From an uncultured Acidobacteriota bacterium (GTDB lineage Bacteria; Acidobacteriota; JAQAZP01), in NCBI GenBank assembly GCA_963836075.1, contig CAWIIB010000009.1, forward strand, positions 1,408,001 to 1,472,000: DNA of 64,000 bases, read 5' to 3'. Of the stretch, positions 22,920 through 32,852 are shown piece after piece (position 1 is the stretch's first letter; every line of letters begins with the position of its first letter). The translations under genes were made by a program, and so were the position numbers. The notes below the pieces were generated by a model. It worked only from the letters and a program-made list of their open reading frames with translations. It made no database searches and had not been told where the DNA came from.

Positions 22920-24437
22920 TCAGAGCTCCCGGTCTTCGTCACCGGGCTCCGTTTCGGTCTCTTCGTCTGCCGTCTCCTGGTCCCCGGTCTCCTCGTCGGA
23001 GGTCTGATCCTCCTTCTCGGCACCGTCGGGGGCAGCCTCCGTATCCTCGGCCCCTGCCTCTTCGACCGTCTCGTCGGATGGAGCGTCGTCCTCGGCCTCT
23101 TCCACCGGATCATCGTCGAAGAATTCCTCGAACTCGGCTTCCTCCTCGGCCAGTTTTTCGGCCAGGAAGAGGTCGACCTGCTCCTGCATGGACTCGTTGG
23201 CGTCGTGGAGAATCTTCTCCGCGGTCTTCGGTCCGATGCCCGGGACCTCCAGGAGGTCCTCGAGGCTCGACGTGCAGACCTGGCCCAGGGTCACGTAGTC
23301 GTGTTCGTTGAGGTTTTCCAGGGTTTTGCCGCTCACCAGCCCCAGTTCCTCCAGTGTGGAACGGCCGATCTTGGCCCGTTCCATCTCCACTTCGACATCG
23401 CGGCGCTTCTCCTCCTCGCTCTTGATATCGATCCGCCAGCCGAGGAGCTTGGCCGCCAGGCGCACGTTCTGGCCCCGTTTGCCGATGGCCAGGGACAACT
23501 GGTCCTCGTTGACCACCACCTCGAGAATCTTCTCCACGTCGTCGAGGATGTGAACCCGGTTGACCTTGGCCGGGTTCAGAGCGTTCATGGCAAAGGTGCT
23601 GGTCTCGGGGGACCACTGCACGATGTCGATCTTCTCCCCGCGAAGCTCGCGGATGATCGACTGGACCCGCACCCCCTTCATCCCCACGCAGGCACCAACC
23701 GGATCGACGTCCGGTTCGCGGGAGATCACCGCCACCTTGGCCCGTTCACCCGGTTCGCGCACCGCTTCCACGATGCTGATGGTGCCGTCGTAGATCTCCG
23801 GCACCTCCATCTCGAACAGGTGCTTGAGCAGGATGGGGCTGGTGCGCGAGACCACCACCTGGGGCCCCTTGGTCAGGCGGTTCACTTCCACGATCACCGC
23901 CCGGATACGGTCGTCCTGGCGGTAGTTTTCGTGCCGCGCCTGTTCTTTTCTCGGACAGACGGCCTCGGTCTTGCCCAGGTCGATGATCAGGTCGCCCTTC
24001 TCAAAGCGTTTGATCAGGCCGGTAACCACCTCGCCGATCCGCTCGGAGTACTCGGTGTAGATGATGTCCCGCTCCGCTTCGCGAACCTTCTGGTAGATCA
24101 CCTGTTTGGCGGCCTGGGCAGCGATGCGGCCCAGGCCCTCGGTGGGCTTGGGGATGTCCACCACTCCGTCCATCTCGACGTTCTCGTCAATTTTCAACGC
24201 TTCATCGAGGGTGATCTCGAGATCGGGATCCTCGACGTTCTCCACGATCGCCTTCCGGGCAAAGACCGACAACTGCCCGGTGGCACGGTCCAGGTGGGAC
24301 ATCAACTCTTCATTGGTGCGGAAGTATTTCTTCGAGGCCATCACGATGGCCTCCTCCAGCGCGGCGATGATGATCTCGGTCTCGATCCCCTTCTCCCGCC
24401 CCACCTGTTCGACTACTTTTAAGAGTTCACCGTTCAT
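22920..24437 (-). CDS. nusA: Transcription termination factor NusA
   Basis: [13 protein letters not shown]1, KH ([21 protein letters not shown]), HhH and an acidic tail. Confidence 0.99.
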   Translation of the reverse strand: MNGELLKVVEQVGREKGIETEIIIAALEEAIVMASKKYFRTNEELMSHLDRATGQLSVFARKAIVENVEDPDLEITLDEALKIDENVEMDGVVDIPKPTEGLGRIAAQAAKQVIYQKVREAERDIIYTEYSERIGEVVTGLIKRFEKGDLIIDLGKTEAVCPRKEQARHENYRQDDRIRAVIVEVNRLTKGPQVVVSRTSPILLKHLFEMEVPEIYDGTISIVEAVREPGERAKVAVISREPDVDPVGACVGMKGVRVQSIIRELRGEKIDIVQWSPETSTFAMNALNPAKVNRVHILDDVEKILEVVVNEDQLSLAIGKRGQNVRLAAKLLGWRIDIKSEEEKRRDVEVEMERAKIGRSTLEELGLVSGKTLENLNEHDYVTLGQVCTSSLEDLLEVPGIGPKTAEKILHDANESMQEQVDLFLAEKLAEEEAEFEEFFDDDPVEEAEDDAPSDETVEEAGAEDTEAAPDGAEKEDQTSDEETGDQETADEETETEPGDEDREL

Positions 24438-24478
24438 GTGCCTTCAGGTCCCACGTTCGCCGACCCGCCGGGTCGGCG

Positions 24479-24946
24479 TTACCGAAACTCGATCTCGAGT
24501 TTCGCTTTGGCAATGCTCTCCAGCGGGATGCGCCAGGTGCTCTTGCTTCCCTCGAGCGTCAGCTCGCGATCGTCCACCTCCCGGATCCGTCCCAGGAAGC
24601 GTTTGCGGTCGTCGAGCACTTCTGTTGTGCTGATCCTGGCCAGCCGCCCGATATTGCGTTCGAAATCGCGTCTCGTCTGGAGCGGCCGGTTCACACCGGG
24701 GGAAGATACCTCCAGTATATACGAATCAGGGATGAAGTCCTCCACTTCCAGCGCCAGGTCCAGCCGCTCGCTCAGCGACTGGCAGTGGGCCAGCGAGATT
24801 CCCTCATCCCGGTGGATGAAAACTCTCAGATACGTCCGACGGCCCTCGTGGGTGTACGTCGCCTCCACCAGTTCCAGGTCGGATCCGCGGACCAGTTCCT
24901 CCACCAGGCGGTGGACACGCTGTTCGATCTCTCGTCGAGCCGCCAC
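24479..24946 (-). CDS. rimP: Ribosome maturation factor RimP
   Basis: LRVFI, YILEVSSPGVNRPL; GTG start at 24946 with GGAGG RBS. Confidence 0.96.
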   Translation of the reverse strand: MAARREIEQRVHRLVEELVRGSDLELVEATYTHEGRRTYLRVFIHRDEGISLAHCQSLSERLDLALEVEDFIPDSYILEVSSPGVNRPLQTRRDFERNIGRLARISTTEVLDDRKRFLGRIREVDDRELTLEGSKSTWRIPLESIAKAKLEIEFR

Positions 24947-24970
24947 CGCGCAGCCTCCCAAGTCGCCACC

Positions 24971-24998
24971 AATAAAAAAAGCGGGCAGGAGCCCACTT
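24971..24998 (-). promoter_or_regulatory. rimP leader attenuator hairpin
   Basis: AAGTGGGC-tcct-GCCCGCTTTTTTT just upstream of rimP, the widely conserved rimP-nusA leader terminator. Confidence 0.75.
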
Positions 24999-25115
24999 GA
25001 CGAACAGTGGAATTGCAGTAAAGCTATCATGGAATTGAAAACAGATCAACCTCTTGTTATCCCGGGAGATGCGCGCCGGTGAAGAGTGGTGAACCGGCAA
25101 AAGGAGCCCCATGCC

Positions 25116-25925
25116 ATGAGCGCTGACAAGAAGCTCGAGCGGCTGCAGTCGATTCTGGGTGAGATGGGTTCGGCTGTGGTGGCCTTCAGCGGTGGAGTGG
25201 ACAGCACCTTCCTGGCCCACCAGGCCCACCAGGCGCTTGGTGGACAGAGCCTCTGCGTGACCATTCGCAGTTGTATCCACCCGGCCTTTGAAATGGAAGA
25301 GGCGGCCGAACTGGTGCGTTCCATCGGGCTCCGTCACCGCTTCATCGATGCCGACGTGATGTCGGTTCCCGAGGTCAGCTCCAACAGCCCGGACCGCTGC
25401 TACCACTGCAAGCACACCCTCTTTTCCCGGATGTCCTCGCTGGCCGCGGCCGAGGGCCTGGCCTGGGTGGCCGACGGGAGCAACGTTGACGATGACGATG
25501 ATTACCGCCCGGGGATGCGGGCGCTGGCCGAACTGGGGATCCGTTCCCCGCTGCGTGAAGCGGAGCTGACCAAGGTGGAGATACGTGAACTCTCACGGCG
25601 GTTCGACCTGCCCACCTGGGATAAACCGGCCTATGCCTGCCTGGCCACCCGGATCCCCTACGGCCGGTCCCTCACCGCCGATGCCCTGCGGATGGTGGAG
25701 CAGGGTGAGGCGGCCCTGCGGGAAATGGGGTTCCGGCGTTTCCGGTTGCGGCATCACGGGGACACGGCGCGGATCGAGATCGCGCCGGAGGAGTTGGGCC
25801 GCGCCCTCGATGCCGCGGCGGCAGCGGAGATGCTGGCGCGGATCAAGCCCCTGGGGTACACCTACGTCGCTCTTGACCTGGAGGGCTATCGCACTGGCAG
25901 CATGAACGATGCCATCGGGAAATAA
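25116..25925 (+). CDS. larE: ATP-dependent sulfur transferase LarE (TIGR00268 family)
   Basis: PP-loop AFSGGVDS, RCYHCK, DGSNVDD..DYRPG, WDKPAYACLATRIPYG, LEGYRTGSMN. Confidence 0.92.
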   Translation: MSADKKLERLQSILGEMGSAVVAFSGGVDSTFLAHQAHQALGGQSLCVTIRSCIHPAFEMEEAAELVRSIGLRHRFIDADVMSVPEVSSNSPDRCYHCKHTLFSRMSSLAAAEGLAWVADGSNVDDDDDYRPGMRALAELGIRSPLREAELTKVEIRELSRRFDLPTWDKPAYACLATRIPYGRSLTADALRMVEQGEAALREMGFRRFRLRHHGDTARIEIAPEELGRALDAAAAAEMLARIKPLGYTYVALDLEGYRTGSMNDAIGK

Positions 25926-25938
25926 TGAACCGCTGGTA

Positions 25939-25979
25939 CACGGAAAGAGGGCGCCGGTTTTCGACGCCCTCTTTCCGTG
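25939..25979. terminator. Hairpin between convergent genes
   Basis: Perfect 15-bp stem CACGGAAAGAGGGCG / CGCCCTCTTTCCGTG. Confidence 0.7.
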
Positions 25980-26000
25980 CGGTCAATCCAGAATGCAGGG

Positions 26001-27122
26001 CTACTTCTTCTTCGCCGCTTTTGACCCGCTTTTGGCGGCAGCCTTCGACTTGGCCATGATTTTCTTCTGGGCCTGCTCCTGCTGCAGCTTGAAGCTGAGG
26101 AAGTCGTCAACCTCTTTCTGCGCCTTTTTGGAGAGGGTGGAGAAGCAGTTGAAATACTGGTGGTCAAGGGAATCCAGGGAGAATCCATCGGGTTCCAGAC
26201 CGGGGGCCACGTTCAGACGGGCGAGGATCTTTCCCAGGACCTCGAGATCCACGTCGGTCTTGTCGCCCTCCAGTTTCTCCAGGGAGCGGCTCACCACCCC
26301 CACTTCCTTGGCCAGGGCGGAGAGGCTGAGGTCACGGCTCTTGCGGCACTCGCGCAGCTTCGCCCCCAGGCCCCGGTTCACCGGCGGCGGCGCGGCGCTC
26401 TTGTCCAGGTAGGCGTAGGTGCTCTCGAAGACCGGTATGGCTGAGGAGACGGTCAGCTCCATCCGGGAGTGGTCGAACTGCCAGGAATCCACCGCGGAAT
26501 TGAACAGCATGGTCAGCAGGTGGCGGCCCGGCAGGTTGTACTCCCGCTTCAGCTTCTCCTCGATCAGGGCGTGCGTGTCCTCGGCGTCGCCGGTGATCTC
26601 ACCGTATTTCTGGAGGAATTCCTCGCTGGCTTCGGGCTCCATGTCGGAGGTCAGCAGCTCTTCCTTCAGCTGGGCCACCGGGCTGTTGGTCGACTTTTTC
26701 AGTTCCGAGTCGATAAACACGGTCTCCAGGGTACGGATCACCAGGGTGTGGACGATCAGCCGTTCCTGGAAGCCGAACTCCTGGGTGCCCAGTTCCCGTT
26801 CGGTCTCCTTCCGGTTCTTGCACTTGGAAAGGATCAGCCCGCGGAGGTTGGGGTACCGTGGCGACGGCGGTTCGAAGTACTTGCGTGCGTCACCCTGGGC
26901 CCGGTGCAGCGCGGCCCAGCGGATATATTCCTCCACATTGTCTTCCAGTTCGATGGCCAGGCGTTTGGCAATGGGCACCGTGGGCACCTTGCGGCCGGTT
27001 TCGATCTGGCTGATATAGACCGGATCGATGCCCACCAGATTCGCCAGCTGGTATTGCCGGAGGGCCTTGGCCTTGCGCTTGGTCCGGATACGTTCGGCGA
27101 ACCGGGTATCGATTTTTTTCAT
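26001..27122 (-). CDS. XRE-family regulator with two HTH domains
   Basis: N-terminal LRQYQLANLVGIDPVYISQIETGRK and C-terminal LRECRKSRDLSLSALAKEVGV..LEKLE; Lys/Ala-rich tail. Confidence 0.85.
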   Translation of the reverse strand: MKKIDTRFAERIRTKRKAKALRQYQLANLVGIDPVYISQIETGRKVPTVPIAKRLAIELEDNVEEYIRWAALHRAQGDARKYFEPPSPRYPNLRGLILSKCKNRKETERELGTQEFGFQERLIVHTLVIRTLETVFIDSELKKSTNSPVAQLKEELLTSDMEPEASEEFLQKYGEITGDAEDTHALIEEKLKREYNLPGRHLLTMLFNSAVDSWQFDHSRMELTVSSAIPVFESTYAYLDKSAAPPPVNRGLGAKLRECRKSRDLSLSALAKEVGVVSRSLEKLEGDKTDVDLEVLGKILARLNVAPGLEPDGFSLDSLDHQYFNCFSTLSKKAQKEVDDFLSFKLQQEQAQKKIMAKSKAAAKSGSKAAKKK

Positions 27123-27339
27123 CTGCTTACTCCCGGGGGACGATCAATCTTGCCCCGTGCAAGTCCTCAACCACGGAATTGTGGCTGATCCTGGGAAACG
27201 TGGGGGTGGACTTTTATATACTGCCCTGTATGACTGAAATGTAATCTTATTCCATATGCGTTGTCAAGAAAATAATTAAACGATTTATTTCTAATTTTTA
27301 TAATCATGATGAAGTTTTCTTATCGTCGGACGTCCAGAC

Positions 27340-27366
27340 AAAAAAAGGACGGCCCGGAGGCCGTCC
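27340..27366 (-). terminator. hup terminator
   Basis: GGACGGCC-tccg-GGCCGTCC followed by T7. Confidence 0.85.
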
Positions 27367-27392
27367 CTTATCTGTATCCTGCTGACCGGAGG

Positions 27393-27662
27393 TCAGATGG
27401 AGGTTTCGAGCTTCTTGCCGGGTTTGAACTTGGCGACCTTCTTGGCCTTGATCTTGATCACTTCGCCGGTCTGCGGGTTTCTGCCCTTTCTGGCCTTCCT
27501 CTTGCTGGCGGAGAAGGTGCCGAAGCCCACCAGGGTCACTTTCTGGTTCTTTTTCAGGGATTTCGTGATGCCCTCGAGGAGGGAATTCAGAGCGGTGTTG
27601 GCTGCGGTCTTGGGAATGTCCGCGTCCTTGGCCATCTTGGCGATCAGTTCAGACTTGTTCAT
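27393..27662 (-). CDS. hup: HU DNA-binding protein
   Basis: MNKSELI, VTLVGFGTF, RKGRNPQTGE, FKPGKKL. Confidence 0.98.
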   Translation of the reverse strand: MNKSELIAKMAKDADIPKTAANTALNSLLEGITKSLKKNQKVTLVGFGTFSASKRKARKGRNPQTGEVIKIKAKKVAKFKPGKKLETSI

Positions 27663-28070
27663 ACGTCTGCGCTCCTTGTGAGAAAGTCTCTGTTGCTGTA
27701 CGTAAGGTGGATATTGTCAGGCGATTTATATCAAAGCCGGTGGGAAGTGTCAAGGATCATTTCTCTGTAACCCGCGCCGGCACTGGGTTTGCTGAATATC
27801 ACCATTGTGAATGTAGTATTCACGGGTATTACGGCGTGATGATTGTTCTAAAGCCATCAATACAAATGGTATAAACAGATTTTAGAATAATAAATATATA
27901 CTCGAGAGCGACCGTTCCGCCTTCATGGATCCTTGCCTGAATTGGTGTTTCAAGAGTTTTCCCTATTTTTTTTTCTTTATTTCCGGCGGCATGCCGGTCC
28001 GCTCCGGTGCATCAGCGGTTCCGGGCGCCCCCGGGGAACGGCCTGGCCCGGTCTCCGGCCCTGCCGTTCC

Positions 28071-28100
28071 TTGACTTTGGTTCCGGCGGATACCTATAAT
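28071..28100 (+). promoter_or_regulatory. sigma70 promoter of the wzm-wzt operon
   Basis: TTGACT-18 nt-TATAAT. Confidence 0.65.
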
Positions 28101-28192
28101 CGCCTGCCTCTAACTATGTGCGTCTGAAAAGCTTTTACGCACGGCCAGCTATGTGCGGCGCCCGGGCAGCCGTAAAAAGGGGGTTGCAGGGG

Positions 28193-29005
28193 ATGCAGGA
28201 AAGCCGACTCACCGTTCTTGGTGAACTGCGCGGACTCCTGGAATACAAGGAACTGGTGCGCAACCTGGTGGTTCGCGACCTGAAGATAAAGTACAAGGGG
28301 TCGGTGCTCGGTTTCTTCTGGTCCCTGATCAACACCCTGATCATGCTGATGGTCTACTGGTTCGTCTTTACCGTTGTATTTTATGTGGACCAGGAAAACT
28401 TCCCCGTATACTTTATTCTCGGCTACCTGCCCTGGAACTTCTTCGTTATTTCCCTGATGACCTCCTGCAGTTCCATCGTCGACAATGCCGGCCTGATCAA
28501 GAAGGTCTATTTCCCGCGGATGATCATCCCCCTGTCCATCGTATTGTCCAGCTTTGTCCAGTTCCTGCTCACCTTTATCGTGCTTCTGCCGGCGCTCTGG
28601 TATTTCGATATCCGGCTCAACCTTTCGTTGATCGCTTTGCCGGGGGTGATGGCCCTGCACATTCTCTTCACCTGCGGGATCTGCTTTTTTGTCTCCACCG
28701 TCTATGTCTACTTCCGGGACACCAGGCACTTTCTGGAGATCCTGGTCACCATCTGGTTCTGGGCCACGCCCATCGTCTATCCCATTTCCAAGGTGATCAA
28801 CGCCAATGCGCCGCAGGCGGTGAAGTGGATTCTGCTCTACAATCCCATGACCCAGTTCATCAACGCCTACCGGGACGTGCTCTTCGATTCCGGTTTTCCT
28901 TCGCCGCGGCGCTGGCTCGCCCTGGCCCTGGTGACCCTGGTGACCCTGGTGATCGGGTTCTTCGTTTTCCACCGGCAGCAACCGAAGTTTGCCGAAACGC
29001 TCTGA
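28193..29005 (+). CDS. wzm: Polysaccharide ABC exporter permease
   Basis: RDLKIKYKGSVLGFFWSL, LIKKVYFPR, ATPIVYP, NPMT; six TM segments. Confidence 0.93.
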   Translation: MQESRLTVLGELRGLLEYKELVRNLVVRDLKIKYKGSVLGFFWSLINTLIMLMVYWFVFTVVFYVDQENFPVYFILGYLPWNFFVISLMTSCSSIVDNAGLIKKVYFPRMIIPLSIVLSSFVQFLLTFIVLLPALWYFDIRLNLSLIALPGVMALHILFTCGICFFVSTVYVYFRDTRHFLEILVTIWFWATPIVYPISKVINANAPQAVKWILLYNPMTQFINAYRDVLFDSGFPSPRRWLALALVTLVTLVIGFFVFHRQQPKFAETL

Positions 29006-29021
29006 CGGAGGGCGAGGATCG

Positions 29022-30353
29022 ATGAAAGCGGAACCGGTGATCAGCGGCAGGAACCTGTCGAAGAAATTCACCATCCACCACCTGAAGACCACCAATCTCA
29101 AGGAGCGGCTCCTGGGGATGGTGCACCGCAAGAACTTCACCCGTGAGGTCTTCTGGGCCCTCAAGGATGTCGATTTCGAGGTGGCCCGGGGGGAGACCCT
29201 GGGCCTGATCGGGCCCAACGGTTCGGGAAAGAGCACGCTGCTCCAGCTGATCGCCCGGATCATCCTCCCCGACCGGGGGACGGTGAGCATCAACGGCCGC
29301 GTGGCCGCGCTGCTGGAACTGGGGGCCGGGTTCAACCCCGACCTCAGCGGCCGGGAGAACATCTTCCTCAACAGTTCAATCCTCGGTTTCGGCCGGCGGG
29401 AGATCGAGGCCAAGCTCGACGACATCATTGCCTTTTCCGAGCTGGAGCGCTTTATCGACACCCCGGTGCGCAACTACTCTTCGGGGATGTATGCCCGTCT
29501 CGGCTTCTCCATCGCCGTTCACGTGGATCCCGATATTCTGCTGGTGGACGAGGTCCTGGCGGTGGGCGACGAGGCCTTTGCCCGAAAGTGCGCGGACAAG
29601 TTCGACCTCTTCCGCCAGAAGAAGAAGACCATCGTCATCGTTTCCCACGACCTCGACGCCGTGGAGCGGCTCTGCGACCGGGCCCTGCTGCTGCACAAGG
29701 GCGAAGTGGTCACCCTGGGCAAGGCCCGCGACGCGATCATCGACTACCACCGGCTGGTGGCCCGGATTCAGCGGACGCAGGAGAAGGAGGAGCGGGCGCG
29801 GGTCAGGCGGCAGCTGGAGGCGGAGCAGCCCGCTGCCGCAGATGAGGATGCCGCGGAGGCCGAATTCGAAGCCGAGATGGACCGGGTGACCTACAATGAG
29901 GATCGTAGCCGCTGGGGTACCGGTGAGGTGACCATCTCCGGCGTGACCTTCCACAACGACCGCGGCGAGGAGGAAACCGACTTTCGCACCGGGGAGAAAC
30001 TGGTGGCCCGGATCCACTACCAGGCTCGGGATGAAGTGCGGGAGCCGGTGTTCGGGGTGGCGCTCTTCGACCGCAACGGGGTGCAGATCAACGGCCCGAA
30101 CAGCTACTTCAGCGACTACAGGATCGACCGTATCGGGCCGGGGGACGGGCACATGGACTATGTGGTGGAGAACCTGCCCCTGCTGCCCGGGAAATACCTC
30201 TTCTCGGCGGCGGTTTACCGCAAGGATCTGCGGACACCTTTCGACCACCGGGAGCGGAGCTACTCCTTCCGGGTGATCGAGGGCCAGGTGCGGGAGCGCC
30301 TGGGCCTGGTGCAGCTGGAGAACAGCTGGTCCCTCCACCGCGGAGGAGAGTGA
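29022..30353 (+). CDS. wzt: Polysaccharide ABC exporter ATPase with C-terminal Wzt_C carbohydrate-binding domain
   Basis: GPNGSGKST, YSSGM, LLVDEVLAVGD, RWGTGEV...LPLLPGKY. Confidence 0.95.
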   Translation: MKAEPVISGRNLSKKFTIHHLKTTNLKERLLGMVHRKNFTREVFWALKDVDFEVARGETLGLIGPNGSGKSTLLQLIARIILPDRGTVSINGRVAALLELGAGFNPDLSGRENIFLNSSILGFGRREIEAKLDDIIAFSELERFIDTPVRNYSSGMYARLGFSIAVHVDPDILLVDEVLAVGDEAFARKCADKFDLFRQKKKTIVIVSHDLDAVERLCDRALLLHKGEVVTLGKARDAIIDYHRLVARIQRTQEKEERARVRRQLEAEQPAAADEDAAEAEFEAEMDRVTYNEDRSRWGTGEVTISGVTFHNDRGEEETDFRTGEKLVARIHYQARDEVREPVFGVALFDRNGVQINGPNSYFSDYRIDRIGPGDGHMDYVVENLPLLPGKYLFSAAVYRKDLRTPFDHRERSYSFRVIEGQVRERLGLVQLENSWSLHRGGE

Positions 30354-31528
30354 TGACCGAAGAACAGGCCTTCCTCCCCTTTGACATCTACCAGCGCTAC
30401 CGGGTGATCGCCGATCTCGCCGGGGCCTGTCTGGACCGCTTTGGCTGCCCGGAGGGCGGAGTGCTGGACGTGGGCGGCTACCCCGGGCACCTGGCCGCTT
30501 TTCTCCCCCGGCAACGGGTCACCTTCTGCGACCTGATCGAGGGCGAGATATCCCACTCGCCCTATGTGCGCGGGTCCGCCGCCGCGCTGCCATTCCCCGA
30601 CAACGCCTTCCCGGTGGTCAGCTGCTGCGATGTTCTGGAGCACGTCCCGCCGGCGGGGCGCCGGCGCGTCCTCGACGAGCTGCTCCGGGTGGCCTCGCTG
30701 GCCGTGGTGGTGGCCGGGCCGTTCGACGACCCCGGGGTGGCCGAGGCGGAGAAGATCGTCTCCGACTACTACCAGTCACTGTGGCACGAGGAGCACCCCT
30801 GGCTGGCCGAGCACCTGGACCTGGGGCTGCCCGGAGCGGAGGAGGTCACCGGCTGGGCCGCGGAGCGGGGCCTGCCGGCGGTCTCCCTGCCCAACGGCTA
30901 TCTGCACCACTGGACGCTGATGATGTTCGCCAACCACCTGACCCTTTCCATGCCCGGCTTTCCGGAGATGTATCAGCACTTCAACAAATACTACAACCTC
31001 TACTTCTTTCCCGAGTCGAACCGCGAACCGTCCTACCGCCGGGTGATCTACATCCAGAAGGCCCCGGGAGATCTGCCGCAGGAACTGCCGGCAGCCCTGC
31101 CCCGCCGCGCCGACGGCCGGGAGGATGTCCGCGATATCCACCGCCTGCTGCAGGTTTTCTTTCGCTGCGTCGCCGACCGGGCCCAGGGGCATCACCGCTA
31201 TGCCCTGGAGCAGGCGAAAAAACTCGAGGACGCGTTGTCCGGTGAGGAGGGGATCCTGGTCAGGCAGTTGCGCGAGAAGGAAACCCGCTACGAGGAAGCC
31301 CTGGCCGATCACCGTCGGGCCATGGCCCTGGCCCGCGACGAGTTGACCGCCCAGCAGGCCCGCATCGAACGTCTCGAGGAGGCGCTGGCCCAGCGCGCTG
31401 CCGAGGGAGCGGAGTTCCGCCGGCTGGCCGGGGAACGGGAGCGGCTGCTCCGCCAGGTGGAGGCGAGCTACTCCCACCGCCTGGCCCGGGCCCTGAAGCG
31501 GCTGCTGGGCCGGGAGGGCGGACGATGA
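30350..31528 (+). CDS. Class I SAM methyltransferase with C-terminal coiled coil (WbdD-like architecture)
   Basis: VLDVGG, LPFPDNAF, DVLEHV; heptad-rich C-terminus and basic amphipathic tail. Confidence 0.8.
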   Translation: MMTEEQAFLPFDIYQRYRVIADLAGACLDRFGCPEGGVLDVGGYPGHLAAFLPRQRVTFCDLIEGEISHSPYVRGSAAALPFPDNAFPVVSCCDVLEHVPPAGRRRVLDELLRVASLAVVVAGPFDDPGVAEAEKIVSDYYQSLWHEEHPWLAEHLDLGLPGAEEVTGWAAERGLPAVSLPNGYLHHWTLMMFANHLTLSMPGFPEMYQHFNKYYNLYFFPESNREPSYRRVIYIQKAPGDLPQELPAALPRRADGREDVRDIHRLLQVFFRCVADRAQGHHRYALEQAKKLEDALSGEEGILVRQLREKETRYEEALADHRRAMALARDELTAQQARIERLEEALAQRAAEGAEFRRLAGERERLLRQVEASYSHRLARALKRLLGREGGR

Positions 31529-32433
31529 CCGCGGGCGGCGAGCCGTCGCGGCCTGCCTGCCCCCCCGCGGTCTCGGTCATCGTGGTCAATTACAACGCCG
31601 GGGAACTGCTGGATCGCTGTCTCGACTCGCTGGTGACCCGCACGGACACGCTGACGGCCGAGGTCATCCTGGTGGACAATGCATCCACCGACGGTTCCGC
31701 GGAGCGGGTCGCCCGGCAGCACCCCGGGATCACCTTCATCCCTGCCGGCGCCAACCTCGGTTTTGCCGGCGGGGTGTGCCGGGGCGTGGCCGAAGCCACC
31801 GGACCGGTCCTCTTTCTGCTCAATCCGGACGCCGAGGTTTTCCCCGATACTCTGGAACAGTTGGTGTCGGGGCTGGCCAATGACCCCCGGCTGGCGGTGG
31901 CCGGCTGCAAGATCTACGAACCGGACCGCTCCACCCTGCAGCATGCCGGCGCTGTTCTCCATCCCTCGCTGATCACCTCGCACCTGGGCCGTGGTGAAGC
32001 GGACCGGGGGCAATACGACCAGCCGGCAGACGTTGACTATGTCACCGGTGCGGCCCTGGCTGTCCGGCGGCAGGTCTGGGATGAACTGGGCGGCCTCGAT
32101 CCGGGCTACCGGCCCGGTTACTACGAGGAGACCGAACTCTGCTTGCGGGCACGGCGGAAGGGGTACCGGGTGGCGGTGCTTCCTGCGGCCCGCGCCGTGC
32201 ACCATGAGTCGGCCTCCACGGGGAAGCTCAGTTCCCGCTTTTTTTACTGCTACCACCGCAACCGGCTCCGTTTCCTCATCCGGAACTACAGCTTCCTGCA
32301 CTGGTTCCTGCGTTTCGCCCCCGCCGAACTCCGCTGGCTCGTCCAGTCCATGCCGGCCGAGCAGAGGGGACCCGTGTTCAAGGCCTACCTGGTGAATCTG
32401 GCCCGCTTTCCCCTGACCCTGCTCGGACAATAG
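31525..32433 (+). CDS. GT2 glycosyltransferase (WbbL-like)
   Basis: VSVIVVNYN, VDNASTDGS, NLGFAGG, LLNPDA, YYEETELC. Confidence 0.92.
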   Translation: MTAGGEPSRPACPPAVSVIVVNYNAGELLDRCLDSLVTRTDTLTAEVILVDNASTDGSAERVARQHPGITFIPAGANLGFAGGVCRGVAEATGPVLFLLNPDAEVFPDTLEQLVSGLANDPRLAVAGCKIYEPDRSTLQHAGAVLHPSLITSHLGRGEADRGQYDQPADVDYVTGAALAVRRQVWDELGGLDPGYRPGYYEETELCLRARRKGYRVAVLPAARAVHHESASTGKLSSRFFYCYHRNRLRFLIRNYSFLHWFLRFAPAELRWLVQSMPAEQRGPVFKAYLVNLARFPLTLLGQ

Positions 32434-32462
32434 ACCGTTCTCCCCAAAATATGAGGCGTTAC

Positions 32463-32491
32463 TTGACATTTCCGGGAGCGCTCACTATTAT
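32463..32491 (+). promoter_or_regulatory. Near-consensus sigma70 promoter
   Basis: TTGACA-17 nt-TATTAT, about 360 nt upstream of the 32853 gene. Confidence 0.75.
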
Positions 32492-32852
32492 GGAAAACAC
32501 GTGTTGAGCTTGCGGCGGATGCTCTCACCGTTGCACGGCTTTCTTTCTCGTCAATATTTCAATAATTTCAAGGATATTGTGTGGAAACGCTTTGCTGCAC
32601 CCACATGATCCATCTCTTGTGACAACAGTCTGTTTCGGGCCGGGTTTCCAGGTCCGGGCCCTGGTGACAAGGAGGCGTCTCATCGGGCAAACGGCTTCTT
32701 CCGGTTGATCTCACCGGTGAAGCAAGAAATACGTTTTGCTGATCAAAGCACCTGTCGGCGCGTCAAGGGGGTTCGGGTGCGGGCGGCTACTTCAGCGCCA
32801 GTCGTTGCACCTGGGCAAGAACAGGCCGGCGAAACATTGCGGAGGATGAAAG

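Noticed and set aside
25116-25925. larE as part of a lactate racemase system
   Set aside because: No larA, larB or larC in the window; dispersed larE genes are common.
32685-32800. c-di-GMP-I riboswitch in the leader (GGGCAAAC...CAAAGC)
   Set aside because: No GNRA tetraloop/receptor or P1 pairing could be found by eye; kept only as a generic structured leader.
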